Shown here: in pieces, positions 8,819 through 15,889 of the stretch
How positions within the stretch are numbered: the stretch's first letter is position 1
Layout: each line of letters begins with the position of its first letter
Source: Kiritimatiella glycovorans
GTDB taxonomy: Bacteria; Verrucomicrobiota; Kiritimatiellia; Kiritimatiellales; Kiritimatiellaceae
Assembly (NCBI RefSeq): GCF_001017655.1
Contig: NZ_CP010904.1
Span: 2,010,001 to 2,042,000 of the forward strand
Direction of reading: 5' to 3'
Length of the DNA: 32,000 bases
The notes under the pieces: model-generated
Told to the model about the DNA's origin: nothing
The model's database searches: none
Seen by the model: only the letters and a program-made list of their open reading frames with translations
Position numbers and translations under genes: made by a program

Positions 8819-9592
8819 ATGGGTCAGAACAGACGTCGTCCTAATAACAGTCCGCCCGAGAACGAGGCCGTTTTTCGTTTCTACGAGGAACTGAACGACT
8901 TCCTTCCGCCGGAGAGCCGGAAGCGCGATATCCGGTATGCGTTCGGCGGCCGGCCGGGGATCAAAGATCCCCTTGAGGCGCTCGGAGTGCCTCATACGGA
9001 AGTCGATCTGATCCTCGTGAACGGAATTTCCCGGGGCTTCGACTACCGGCTGTGCGACGGCGACCGCGTCTCGGTGTACCCGGTCTTCGAGTCGCTGGAC
9101 CTCGCGCCTCTGATCCGCCTCCGGCCGGGACCTTTGCGGCGGACGCGTTTCGTCCTCGATGTCCACCTCGGCAAACTGGCGCGGTACCTTCGCTTGCTGG
9201 GGTTTGACACCCTTTACCGAAACGACTACGGCGACCCTGAACTCGTACGCATCTCTGTCGAAGAGGGGCGGATTCTTCTGACGCGCGATCGCCGGCTGCT
9301 TTTTCACCGCGCCGTGACCCGCGGGTACTGGGTGCGATCCACGCGGCCCGAGCGGCAGGTCCGCGAAGTGGTGCGCCGTTTCGACCTTGCCGCGCGGATC
9401 AAGCCTTTCCACCGCTGCGCCGTCTGCAACGGGATCATCGAACCCGTGGCCAAAGGAGAAATCGCCCATCGTCTGCAACCGCTCACCCGGAAGTATCACC
9501 GGGACTTCTCGCGCTGCCGGTCCTGCGGAAAGATCTACTGGAAGGGCTCGCATTACGAACGGCTTCTGGAAAGGCTGGAGATCGGCCATTAG
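8819..9592 (+). CDS. Mut7-C RNase-domain protein with N-terminal ubiquitin-like (Ub-Mut7C) domain and C-terminal zinc ribbon
   Basis: From the ATG at 8819 (MGQNRRR...). The N-terminal beta-grasp-like segment is FRFYEELNDFL...VDLILVNG...GDRVSVYPVF. The PIN-like Mut7-C core is RFVLDVHLGKLARYLRLLGFDT...ILLTRDRRLL. The protein ends CAVCNG...CRSCGKIYWKGSHY. The track ORF start at 8540 lies inside the riboswitch region and is rejected. Confidence 0.75.
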   Translation: MGQNRRRPNNSPPENEAVFRFYEELNDFLPPESRKRDIRYAFGGRPGIKDPLEALGVPHTEVDLILVNGISRGFDYRLCDGDRVSVYPVFESLDLAPLIRLRPGPLRRTRFVLDVHLGKLARYLRLLGFDTLYRNDYGDPELVRISVEEGRILLTRDRRLLFHRAVTRGYWVRSTRPERQVREVVRRFDLAARIKPFHRCAVCNGIIEPVAKGEIAHRLQPLTRKYHRDFSRCRSCGKIYWKGSHYERLLERLEIGH

Positions 9593-10035
9593 GCCTCGCC
9601 CAGGGCTTCGAGATCAGCCAAGTCTTTCTGCCGGCCGGAGGCGCGTTTGTTTGCCACGAACTCTGATCTGCCGATGTAGGCCACGGGAACGTCACCGAAT
9701 ACGCCAAGCTCCTTGTGAGCCTGCACTTCCTCCCATGTGACCCCGGATATAGACGTGATGAGGTCCACCCGAACCGGTGGAACGCCTAGTTGCACCACCT
9801 TCTCAGGCTTCTGAAAATCCTCAGTGTCGAGATCGGAGGATTGAAAACCGAAAGCAACGAGGGCGCTTAAAATGCGCTCCGCGTTCTCCGGTGCAGGACG
9901 CACAAATACGTCGATATCACCTGTGAAACGTGGTGCACCATGAAAGGCCAGCGCGTATCCACCCACGATGAGGTATTCAACCTTGTGCGCGTTCAATAAC
10001 TCGAGCAGATCTCTGAAGTCTGGTTGTACTTCCAT
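9589..10035 (-). CDS. Minimal nucleotidyltransferase-fold protein (Pol-beta/MNT-like) of unknown function
   Basis: MEVQPDFRDLLELLNAHKVEYLIVGGYALAFHGAPRFTGDIDVFV carries the hGG...DhDh NTase signature. The C-terminal KRASGRQKDLADLEAL motif is typical of this widespread uncharacterised family. G+C is visibly lower than in flanking genes. Confidence 0.65.
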   Translation of the reverse strand: MEVQPDFRDLLELLNAHKVEYLIVGGYALAFHGAPRFTGDIDVFVRPAPENAERILSALVAFGFQSSDLDTEDFQKPEKVVQLGVPPVRVDLITSISGVTWEEVQAHKELGVFGDVPVAYIGRSEFVANKRASGRQKDLADLEALGEA

Positions 10036-10162
10036 GGTATTGACGGCGCAGCAGTTCAACCGTGCTGACGCGCTCCTCAGGGCTCCGCGACATCCAATAG
10101 GACAGATCTTCATGTCCGGATTGATCACGCAAGCTTCGCTTCGATATGACTCTCTGCATCAT
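9977..10162 (-). CDS. Small hypothetical protein (61 aa), putative partner of the downstream nucleotidyltransferase
   Basis: MMQRVISKRSLRDQSGHEDLSYWMSRSPEERVSTVELLRRQYHGSTTRLQRSARVIERAQG. The pattern (acidic segment, YW.S.SPEERL..., then RL.R..RVIER) resembles small proteins I recall next to this NTase family. It overlaps the NTase start by 59 nt in a different frame. There is no recognisable Shine-Dalgarno. Confidence 0.45.
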   Translation of the reverse strand: MMQRVISKRSLRDQSGHEDLSYWMSRSPEERVSTVELLRRQYHGSTTRLQRSARVIERAQG

Positions 10163-10168
10163 GCCTGC

Positions 10169-10196
10169 ATGCTATCAGAATAGAGGGGTAAGTAAA
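10169..10196 (-). promoter_or_regulatory. Putative sigma70-like promoter giving a near-leaderless transcript for the small ORF/NTase pair
   Basis: On the minus strand, TTTACT (10196-10191), a 16-nt spacer and TAGCAT (10174-10169). The ATG at 10162 lies 6 nt after the -10 element. This is a pattern match only. Confidence 0.3.
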
Positions 10197-10511
10197 TCAG
10201 TCTCTCTTGCCGAACGCCCTCACCTTCGGCACAACGGGCTCCTTTTTCGGAGACCGCCGCTCGGTGATACATGCGGGCATGTGGATTCAAATTCGCTGTC
10301 GGGTTCGAAATGGGATAGACCATGAAGGACATGAAGGTTGTTTGAGGGGGAAGGAGGAATCAGAGTAAAAGAGAATTGAAATCGGGATCGGGATCCAAAT
10401 TGAGCTTCACCACAGATCACAGAGAACATGATTCGTACTCCTACGCGTACTCGGAGTGCCGAAGGTACGATCCTGTTCCCCGATTCCGGGATCTCGGGCA
10501 CGAGGGCCGCT

Positions 10512-11054
10512 TTACTCTCTTTCTGACGCTGACGCTTCCTGCTTCTCCCACCGCTCCAGGGCGTTCCGGTACACGTCTCGGTCGGATTCGCTGAAGCAGC
10601 AGAGAATGACTTCCATGCGGGGATGATCCGACAGGAAATCCCCGATCGTCCGCACCGCGATCCCCGCGGCTTTTTCGACGGGAAAACGGTAGGCGCCGGT
10701 ACTGATTGATGGGAAGGCGACGGAAGTAAGGCCGCGTTCGGCCGCCACTTCCAGCGAGCGGCGGTAACAGCATTCGAGCAGGTCCGCTTCACCAGAACGC
10801 CCGCCTTTCCATACCGGCCCGACCGTATGGATCACGTGGTTCGCGGGCAGATGGTACCCGCCGGTGATCTTCGCCTCGCCGGTGGGGCAGCCGCCGAGTC
10901 TCCGGCACTCCTCCAGAAGTTCGGGGCCCGCGGCCCGGTGGATCGCACCGTCCACCCCGCCTCCGCCCAGGAGGCGGGTGTTGGCGGCATTGACCACCGC
11001 GTCGACCTCCAGCGTGGTGATATCGGCGCACAGGACCTTTATACGCGTTTTCAT
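10512..11054 (-). CDS. ymdB: Macro-domain protein (O-acetyl-ADP-ribose deacetylase / ADP-ribose-binding, YmdB-like)
   Basis: CADITTLEVDAVVNAAN..LLGGGGVDGAIHRAAG...C.TGEAKIT.GY.LPA..VIHTVGP...SVAFPSISTGAYRFP are canonical macrodomain motifs. A GGGAGG Shine-Dalgarno lies upstream. Confidence 0.9.
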   Translation of the reverse strand: MKTRIKVLCADITTLEVDAVVNAANTRLLGGGGVDGAIHRAAGPELLEECRRLGGCPTGEAKITGGYHLPANHVIHTVGPVWKGGRSGEADLLECCYRRSLEVAAERGLTSVAFPSISTGAYRFPVEKAAGIAVRTIGDFLSDHPRMEVILCCFSESDRDVYRNALERWEKQEASASERE

Positions 11055-11164
11055 CGCGACCTCCCTTTCAGCGACAGCTTAACACAAAACCCGAGGGAAA
11101 CTTTTCACGAAAAACGATTTGAGCCTGGTAGGGAATCTGCTAGGTTATGCGCTCATTTTTCGGT

Positions 11165-11240
11165 GACCCCTTCGTCTAGTGGTCCAGGACACTGGGTTTT
11201 CATCCCAGAAACACGGGTTCGATTCCCGTAGGGGTCGCCA
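11165..11240 (+). tRNA. tRNA-Glu (anticodon UUC), CCA encoded
   Basis: GACCCCTTCGTCTAGTGGTCCAGGACACTGGGTTTTCATCCCAGAAACACGGGTTCGATTCCCGTAGGGGTCGCCA. Acceptor stem GACCCCT/AGGGGTC, anticodon stem CTGGG/CCCAG with loop TTTTCAT, and T-arm ACGGG-TTCGATT-CCCGT. It closely resembles bacterial tRNA-Glu. Confidence 0.93.
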
Positions 11241-11252
11241 CTTCCTCGCCAC

Positions 11253-11289
11253 AAAAAAACCGCGCCTCCTGAAAGGGCGCGGTTTTTTT
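11253..11289. terminator. Bidirectional intrinsic terminator (tRNA-Glu on +, rpsD on -)
   Basis: AAAAAAACCGCGCC-TCCTGAAAG-GGCGCGGTTTTTTT: an 8-bp GC stem flanked by an A-tract and a T-tract, between convergent genes. Confidence 0.8.
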
Positions 11290-11313
11290 GCGTTTCGCGA
11301 CCGCGGCCGCGAT

Positions 11314-11910
11314 TCAGCGCGAGTAGAATTCGATCACGAGCGGCACTTCGCAGATCACCGGGATCTCTTCCCGCGTCGGCACGCGCTCGAACGTGATGCT
11401 CATGTTTTTCGGATCCACGCGCAGATACTCGGGGGACTGGGTTGAATCGAGCGCCCCGCGAATGGCATCCACTTCGCGGCTCTTCTCGCGCGGCGTGACG
11501 ACATCGCCTTCACGCAGATGGTAGGACGGGATATCGACCTTACGGTCGTTGACCCGAAAGTGGCCGTGATTGACGAGCTGGCGCGCCTGAAAGATGGTCC
11601 GCGCGAACCCTCCCCGAACCACGGCCGCATCGAGCCGCGACTCCAGAAGCTGCATCAGGATTTCGCCCGAGTTGCCCGGCCGGCGCACGGCCTTTTCGAA
11701 GTAATTGGCGAGCTGCTGTTCGCGGAGGTTGTACTGGTGACGAAGCCGCTGTTTCTCGAGCAGCTGCCGTCCGTAATCCGAGAGCTTCGGCCTGCGCCGC
11801 GCCGTTCCGTGCATACCGGGGGGGTGCGGCCGCCTTTCCATGTACTTGTGCGCCTTCGGCGTGAGCGCCACGCCGAGCCTCCGCGAGACCTTGATCTTCG
11901 GCTTGTTCAT
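11314..11910 (-). CDS. rpsD: 30S ribosomal protein S4
   Basis: MNKPKIKVSRRLGVAL..K......RPHPPGMHG..RRRPKLSDYG.QL.EKQ.LR..Y...E.Q...Y...A.......G..L..LLE.RLD..V.R.GFA.T...ARQLV.HGH..VN...V.IPSY. Monocistronic, outside the alpha operon. Confidence 0.95.
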   Translation of the reverse strand: MNKPKIKVSRRLGVALTPKAHKYMERRPHPPGMHGTARRRPKLSDYGRQLLEKQRLRHQYNLREQQLANYFEKAVRRPGNSGEILMQLLESRLDAAVVRGGFARTIFQARQLVNHGHFRVNDRKVDIPSYHLREGDVVTPREKSREVDAIRGALDSTQSPEYLRVDPKNMSITFERVPTREEIPVICEVPLVIEFYSR

Positions 11911-12089
11911 GATCTGTCCGATTCCTTTGTTTGAGTTTCCTTCCGCCGCCCGCCGGACCGTCGCGGGATTAAGCCGGAACCCCTCCGGCCGCCGATCGGC
12001 TCTCCGATTCGTCTTCGGCGCTCGCGCGTATGCGAGAATCCTCCCGCCCCGGCCGCGTCGCGGGGACGCCGCCTTGAGGCAGACCGCGC

Positions 12090-12118
12090 ATTTAAGTATG
12101 ATCGCGCATGCGTGTCAA
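12090..12118 (-). promoter_or_regulatory. Putative sigma70 promoter for rpsD
   Basis: On the minus strand, TTGACA (12118-12113), a 17-nt spacer and TTAAAT (12095-12090). This would give a GC-rich, hairpin-rich leader of about 170 nt before the rpsD ATG. Pattern match only. Confidence 0.35.
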
Positions 12119-12203
12119 CCGTCGTCGGCCGGATAATCAGGTTGCGCGGATTCAGGAAGGACCGGGAAGCCGGGGAGAATTAAACCGCGGAGGAACAGAG
12201 ATT

Positions 12204-12743
12204 ATGCTGCATGAAAACCGGACGCTGACCGTTATTGTGGACGTTCAGGAAAAACTCTTTGACGCCATGGCCGGGCGCGATGAGCTGCTGCGCGGGCTCC
12301 GCATCCTGGCGCAGGGTTCGCGGGCGCTCAGGGTCCCCCTGCTCTACACCGAACAGCTGCCCGACAAGCTCGGCCCCACGGTGGAGCCGCTGCGGGAGCT
12401 GCTGCCGGAACCGGCGACGGCCTCCAAAAGCGCCTTCAGCTGCTGGCGCGAACCGGCCTTCGCCCGGGCCGTCCGCGCCGCCGACCGGCCCGAGATTCTG
12501 CTCGCCGGCATCGAGACGCACGTCTGCATCCTGCAGACCGCGCGCGACCTGCTCGACCGGGGATTCGCGGTGCACGTGGTCGCCGACGCCGTCTCCTCGC
12601 GCAGGACGCGCGACCGCGACCTCGCCCTGCAGGCGATGCGCGACGAGGGCGCCCGGATCACCTGCACGGAGGCGGCACTGCTTGAAATGCTGGGGGACGC
12701 GCAGCGGCCGGAGTTCAAAGAAATTCTTGCCCTGATTCGTTAG
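12204..12743 (+). CDS. Isochorismatase-family cysteine hydrolase
   Basis: From the ATG at 12204 (MLHENRTLTVIVDVQEKLF...), preceded by GGAGGAA. It contains the DVQ motif and the catalytic-Cys motif GIETHVCILQTA, plus VADAVSSR. Confidence 0.8.
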   Translation: MLHENRTLTVIVDVQEKLFDAMAGRDELLRGLRILAQGSRALRVPLLYTEQLPDKLGPTVEPLRELLPEPATASKSAFSCWREPAFARAVRAADRPEILLAGIETHVCILQTARDLLDRGFAVHVVADAVSSRRTRDRDLALQAMRDEGARITCTEAALLEMLGDAQRPEFKEILALIR

Positions 12744-12817
12744 CTTCCCCAATGTAGGGCGCTCTTTTAAGGAAATGCCTGCGGGCGAGGGTCATCAACA
12801 AAGGAAGGGTTTCAGTC

Positions 12818-14047
12818 ATGGCCGCGAAAAAAGAACAGATTACCGGGAACATGCTGATCGCGCAGAGCGGCGGTCCGACCGCCGTCATCAACCAGAGCCT
12901 GGTCGGGGCGGTGCTGGAAGCGAAAAACCAGGACTGCATCCAGCGCATCTACGGTGCGCGCCACGGCATCCAGGGCATCCTGAATGAAGATTTCATCGAC
13001 ATGAAACGTGAGCCGAAAAAGGTGCTCGAACAGGTCGCGCAGACGCCCTCGTCCGCACTCGGTTCCGTGCGCCGCAAGCCGACGGCGGAAGACTGCGCGA
13101 AGATCTTCGACGTCCTCCAGCGTTATGACGTGCGCTACTTCTTCTACATCGGCGGCAACGACTCCGCCGAAACCGCGCATATCATCAACGAGGAAGCGCG
13201 CAAGGCGAAATACGACCTGCACTGCTTCCACATCTGCAAGACGATCGACAACGATCTGCGCCAGAACGATCACACCCCCGGTTTCGGCAGCGCCGCTAAA
13301 TTTGTGGCGCAGGCGTTCATGGGCGACAACCTCGACAACCGCGCCCTCCCCGGCGTCAAGATCAACGTCGTCATGGGCCGTCACGCCGGATTCCTCACCG
13401 CCGCCTCCGCGCTGGCGCGGCAGGACGAGGACGACGGTCCCCACCTGATCTACCTGCCCGAGCGCCCGTTCCGGATGACGCAGTTCGTCCGGGACGTGAA
13501 GGCGACGGTCAAGCAGTACGGCCGCTGCGTGGTCGCGGTCTCGGAGGGGATCGCCGACGGCAATGGAACGCCGATCGTGCAGAAAAATCTCAAGACCGGC
13601 GAAAAGGACTCGCACGGCAATGTACAGCTCAGCGGCACCGGCGCACTGGGCGACATTCTGGCCGCGGAGATCAAGGACAAGACCCCCATCAAGCGCGTCC
13701 GCGCCGACACGTTCGGCTACCTGCAGCGCTCGTTCGCCGGCTGCGTGTCGGAAGTCGACGCCGCCGAAGCCCGGCGCGTCGGCGAAGAGGCCGTCCGGTG
13801 CGCCGCCACCGGCGGGAAGAGCGGCAGCATCGCCATCAAGCGCAAAAACAGCAAGCGCTACGCCGTCGAGTACAGGCGCGTTCCGCTCAAAAGTGTGGCG
13901 AAAGAGACCCGGCACATGCCTGACTCGTTCATCAACAAAGACGGCAACGACGTGACGAAGCGTTTCATCGACTACGCCCGCCCGCTACTCGGTGAAATTC
14001 CTTTGATGGGCCGGCTCAAGCAGGTCGTGGTGAAAAAGAAGGACTGA
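12818..14047 (+). CDS. pfp: Phosphofructokinase, PfkA family, with a PPi-dependent-type signature
   Basis: QSGGPTAVINQSL..., IGGNDS (Asp where ATP-PFKs have the second Gly of GGDG), CKTIDNDL (Lys where ATP-PFKs have Gly), and VMGRHAGFL. Confidence 0.85.
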   Translation: MAAKKEQITGNMLIAQSGGPTAVINQSLVGAVLEAKNQDCIQRIYGARHGIQGILNEDFIDMKREPKKVLEQVAQTPSSALGSVRRKPTAEDCAKIFDVLQRYDVRYFFYIGGNDSAETAHIINEEARKAKYDLHCFHICKTIDNDLRQNDHTPGFGSAAKFVAQAFMGDNLDNRALPGVKINVVMGRHAGFLTAASALARQDEDDGPHLIYLPERPFRMTQFVRDVKATVKQYGRCVVAVSEGIADGNGTPIVQKNLKTGEKDSHGNVQLSGTGALGDILAAEIKDKTPIKRVRADTFGYLQRSFAGCVSEVDAAEARRVGEEAVRCAATGGKSGSIAIKRKNSKRYAVEYRRVPLKSVAKETRHMPDSFINKDGNDVTKRFIDYARPLLGEIPLMGRLKQVVVKKKD

Positions 14048-14065
14048 TCCCGTCCCGGAATCGCG

Positions 14066-14098
14066 AAAGGCCCGGCTTGAAAGGCCGGGCCTTTTTTG
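14066..14098. terminator. Intrinsic terminator after pfp (convergent with the ABC ATPase gene)
   Basis: GGCCCGGC-TTGAAAG-GCCGGGCC followed by TTTTTTG. On the opposite strand only a short T-run follows. Confidence 0.8.
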
Positions 14099-14140
14099 TG
14101 CCTGTCATGGAGTCGCCGTGTCGATATTTACGAGACCGAT

Positions 14141-15244
14141 TCAGATCAGCGCCTGCTCGCTCTCGCGGTCGAAGATGTGGGCGCGGTCGATCATCAGGGA
14201 CAATTTTATATCCTGATTCACCCCGGGGTTCTCGGTTCCCTCCACGCGCGCAACAAACGAATGGCGTTCCGTGGAGAGGTAGAGGATGGTCTCAGATCCC
14301 ATCGGTTCCACGACTTCCACACGCGCCGTGATCTGCTGCGCCTCGCTTTCACCCGAGGCGTATACGGCATCCTTGATGTCTTCGGGGCGAATTCCGAACG
14401 TCACCTCCCGACCCGCATGCGACTGCAGTTCCGCTGCCTGGCGGGATGAGAGCGCGAGTTTGAAATCGTAGCCGTTGAACATCAGGCCTTCCGGGGTCTG
14501 TTCCAGCTCGCCGTCGAAAAAGTTCATCGGCGGACTGCCTATAAATCCGGCGACGAATTTATTGGCGGGGTTACGGTAGATTTCCATCGGTTCCGCGACC
14601 TGCTGGATCAGGCCGTCTTTCAATACGCAGATCCGGTCGCCGAGCGTCATCGCCTCCACCTGGTCATGGGTCACGTAGATCATCGTCGAGTTCAGCCGCG
14701 TGTGCAGCTTGCTGATCTCGGTGCGCATCTGAACACGCAGCTTCGCGTCGAGATTCGAGAGCGGTTCATCGAAGAGGAATGCGGCGGGTTTGCGAACGAT
14801 CGCGCGCCCCACAGCCACACGCTGACGCTGTCCGCCGGAGAGGGCCTTAGGTTTCCGTTCCAGATATCCGGTCAGACCGAGGATCTCCGCCGCCTCGTGC
14901 ACGCGGCGGTCGATCTCCTCACCGGGATACTTCCGCAGCTTCAGCCCGAAGGCCATGTTCTTGTACACAGACATGTGGGGGTAAAGCGCATAATTCTGGA
15001 ACACCATGGCGATGTCGCGGTTTTTCGGCGGCACGTCGTTCACGTGCCGGTCGCCGATATACACGTCCCCGCGCGTGATTTCCTCCAATCCCGCCACCAT
15101 GCGCAACGTGGTCGATTTTCCGCACCCCGAGGGGCCGACCAGAACCATGAATTCCCGGTCGCGGATGTCCAGTTCGACATCTTTGACCGCCTCCACCTCT
15201 CCCGGAAAAACCTTCCAGACCTTGTCCAGCCTAACCTGCGCCAT
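14141..15244 (-). CDS. ugpC: Sugar-type ABC transporter ATP-binding protein (MalK/UgpC/MsiK family)
   Basis: Walker A GPSGCGKST, Q-loop, signature LSGGQRQRVA, Walker B FLFDEPLSNLD, H-loop THD, plus a C-terminal MalK-like regulatory/TOBE domain. No permease or binding-protein gene is adjacent. Confidence 0.9.
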   Translation of the reverse strand: MAQVRLDKVWKVFPGEVEAVKDVELDIRDREFMVLVGPSGCGKSTTLRMVAGLEEITRGDVYIGDRHVNDVPPKNRDIAMVFQNYALYPHMSVYKNMAFGLKLRKYPGEEIDRRVHEAAEILGLTGYLERKPKALSGGQRQRVAVGRAIVRKPAAFLFDEPLSNLDAKLRVQMRTEISKLHTRLNSTMIYVTHDQVEAMTLGDRICVLKDGLIQQVAEPMEIYRNPANKFVAGFIGSPPMNFFDGELEQTPEGLMFNGYDFKLALSSRQAAELQSHAGREVTFGIRPEDIKDAVYASGESEAQQITARVEVVEPMGSETILYLSTERHSFVARVEGTENPGVNQDIKLSLMIDRAHIFDRESEQALI

Positions 15245-15375
15245 CGTCCACGTCCCTCATTTGTAGATAATTTAATAATTCAGCCCGTTAATCTGCAACA
15301 ATTTGTCCGCGACTTCAAATGAAAAGAGGGGGGTTGCGGCAGCATCTCACGGCATTTCGGGAGAGCACATCACGC

Positions 15376-15404
15376 TTGAAACCGGTCCTGCTTTCGAGGA
15401 TTAT
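15376..15404 (+). promoter_or_regulatory. Putative sigma70 promoter for the tat operon
   Basis: TTGAAA (15376-15381), a 17-nt spacer and GATTAT (15399-15404), about 30 nt upstream of the ATG at 15434. It sits in an AT-richer divergent intergenic region. Pattern match only. Confidence 0.3.
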
Positions 15405-15433
15405 GCGCGTTTGGATCGTTCGAGGATACAGGT

Positions 15434-15889
15434 ATGTCCGTACTAAATCCCATAGCGTTTCTGGCCCCCGGAGGCCCGGAGCTGGTTATCATCATGCTGG
15501 TGCTGATCATGCTGTTCGGCGCCAAGGATGCACCGCGCGTACTGCGCAAGATTCAGGACTTCTTCGACCACGTGCGCCGGATCGCCAACAGCTTCAGACA
15601 CGAGATGATGTACAGCGACCTCCACGAAGACCGCGCGGGGTCGGCGGAAGATCACACCCTCCCCGAAGACTACGAAGACGCCGAATTTCTCGAGTACGAG
15701 GACGGCGAGGAGGGGTGGAATCCGGAACCCGGGCCTGAATCGCCTGAACCGGAGGGCGGGGCGCCCGAAGATACCGGACACGGATCCGGGAGCGAACCCG
15801 AACCGGACGGGCGGGATCGCGCCCCCTCTACGCCGCCCGAATCGTCCGACACACCACCCCCGGCCGGGCCGCACGATGAGAAAGATTAA
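15434..15889 (+). CDS. tatB: TatA/TatB-family twin-arginine translocase subunit (TatB-like) with a long acidic, proline-rich tail
   Basis: The N-terminus GGPELVIIMLVLIMLFGAKDAPRVLRKI matches the TatA/B TM helix, hinge and amphipathic helix. About 90 aa of low-complexity E/D/P-rich tail follows. It overlaps the tatC start by 14 nt. Confidence 0.7.
   Translation: MSVLNPIAFLAPGGPELVIIMLVLIMLFGAKDAPRVLRKIQDFFDHVRRIANSFRHEMMYSDLHEDRAGSAEDHTLPEDYEDAEFLEYEDGEEGWNPEPGPESPEPEGGAPEDTGHGSGSEPEPDGRDRAPSTPPESSDTPPPAGPHDEKD

Noticed and set aside
6409-8894. Plus-strand ORFs 6409..7923 (504 aa) and 7362..8894 (510 aa)
   Set aside because: They are antisense to thiH, thiG and thiS and run through the TPP riboswitch. 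They have no motifs and a biased Arg/Pro/Ala composition.
9589-10128. Longer 179-aa form of the nucleotidyltransferase ORF, or a frameshifted fusion of the small ORF with the NTase
   Set aside because: The extra 31 residues (MINPDMKICPIGCRGALRSASARLNCCAVNT) are Cys-rich and overlap the small ORF out of frame. Family-like sequence begins at MEVQPDFRDLLELL. The small ORF ends with a family-like RVIER motif, so two separate overlapping genes is the simpler reading. A sequencing frameshift cannot be formally excluded.
10300-10308. 9-nt identity (cgggttcga) with the T-arm of tRNA-Glu as evidence of an integrative element attachment site
   Set aside because: A 9-mer match between a 76-nt tRNA and a 350-nt region is not far from chance expectation. 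No integrase or second repeat copy is present. It is mentioned only as a weak hint within the spacer finding.
10220-10792. 190-aa minus-strand ORF, the overlapping ORF 10441..10773, and the 72-aa plus-strand ORF 10376..10594
   Set aside because: They overlap the macrodomain gene out of frame or antisense. Their portion in the spacer is Pro/Ser-rich with no motif or ribosome-binding site. The spacer is reported as non-coding instead.
12812-13915. 367-aa minus-strand ORF
   Set aside because: It is antisense to the phosphofructokinase gene and has no motifs.
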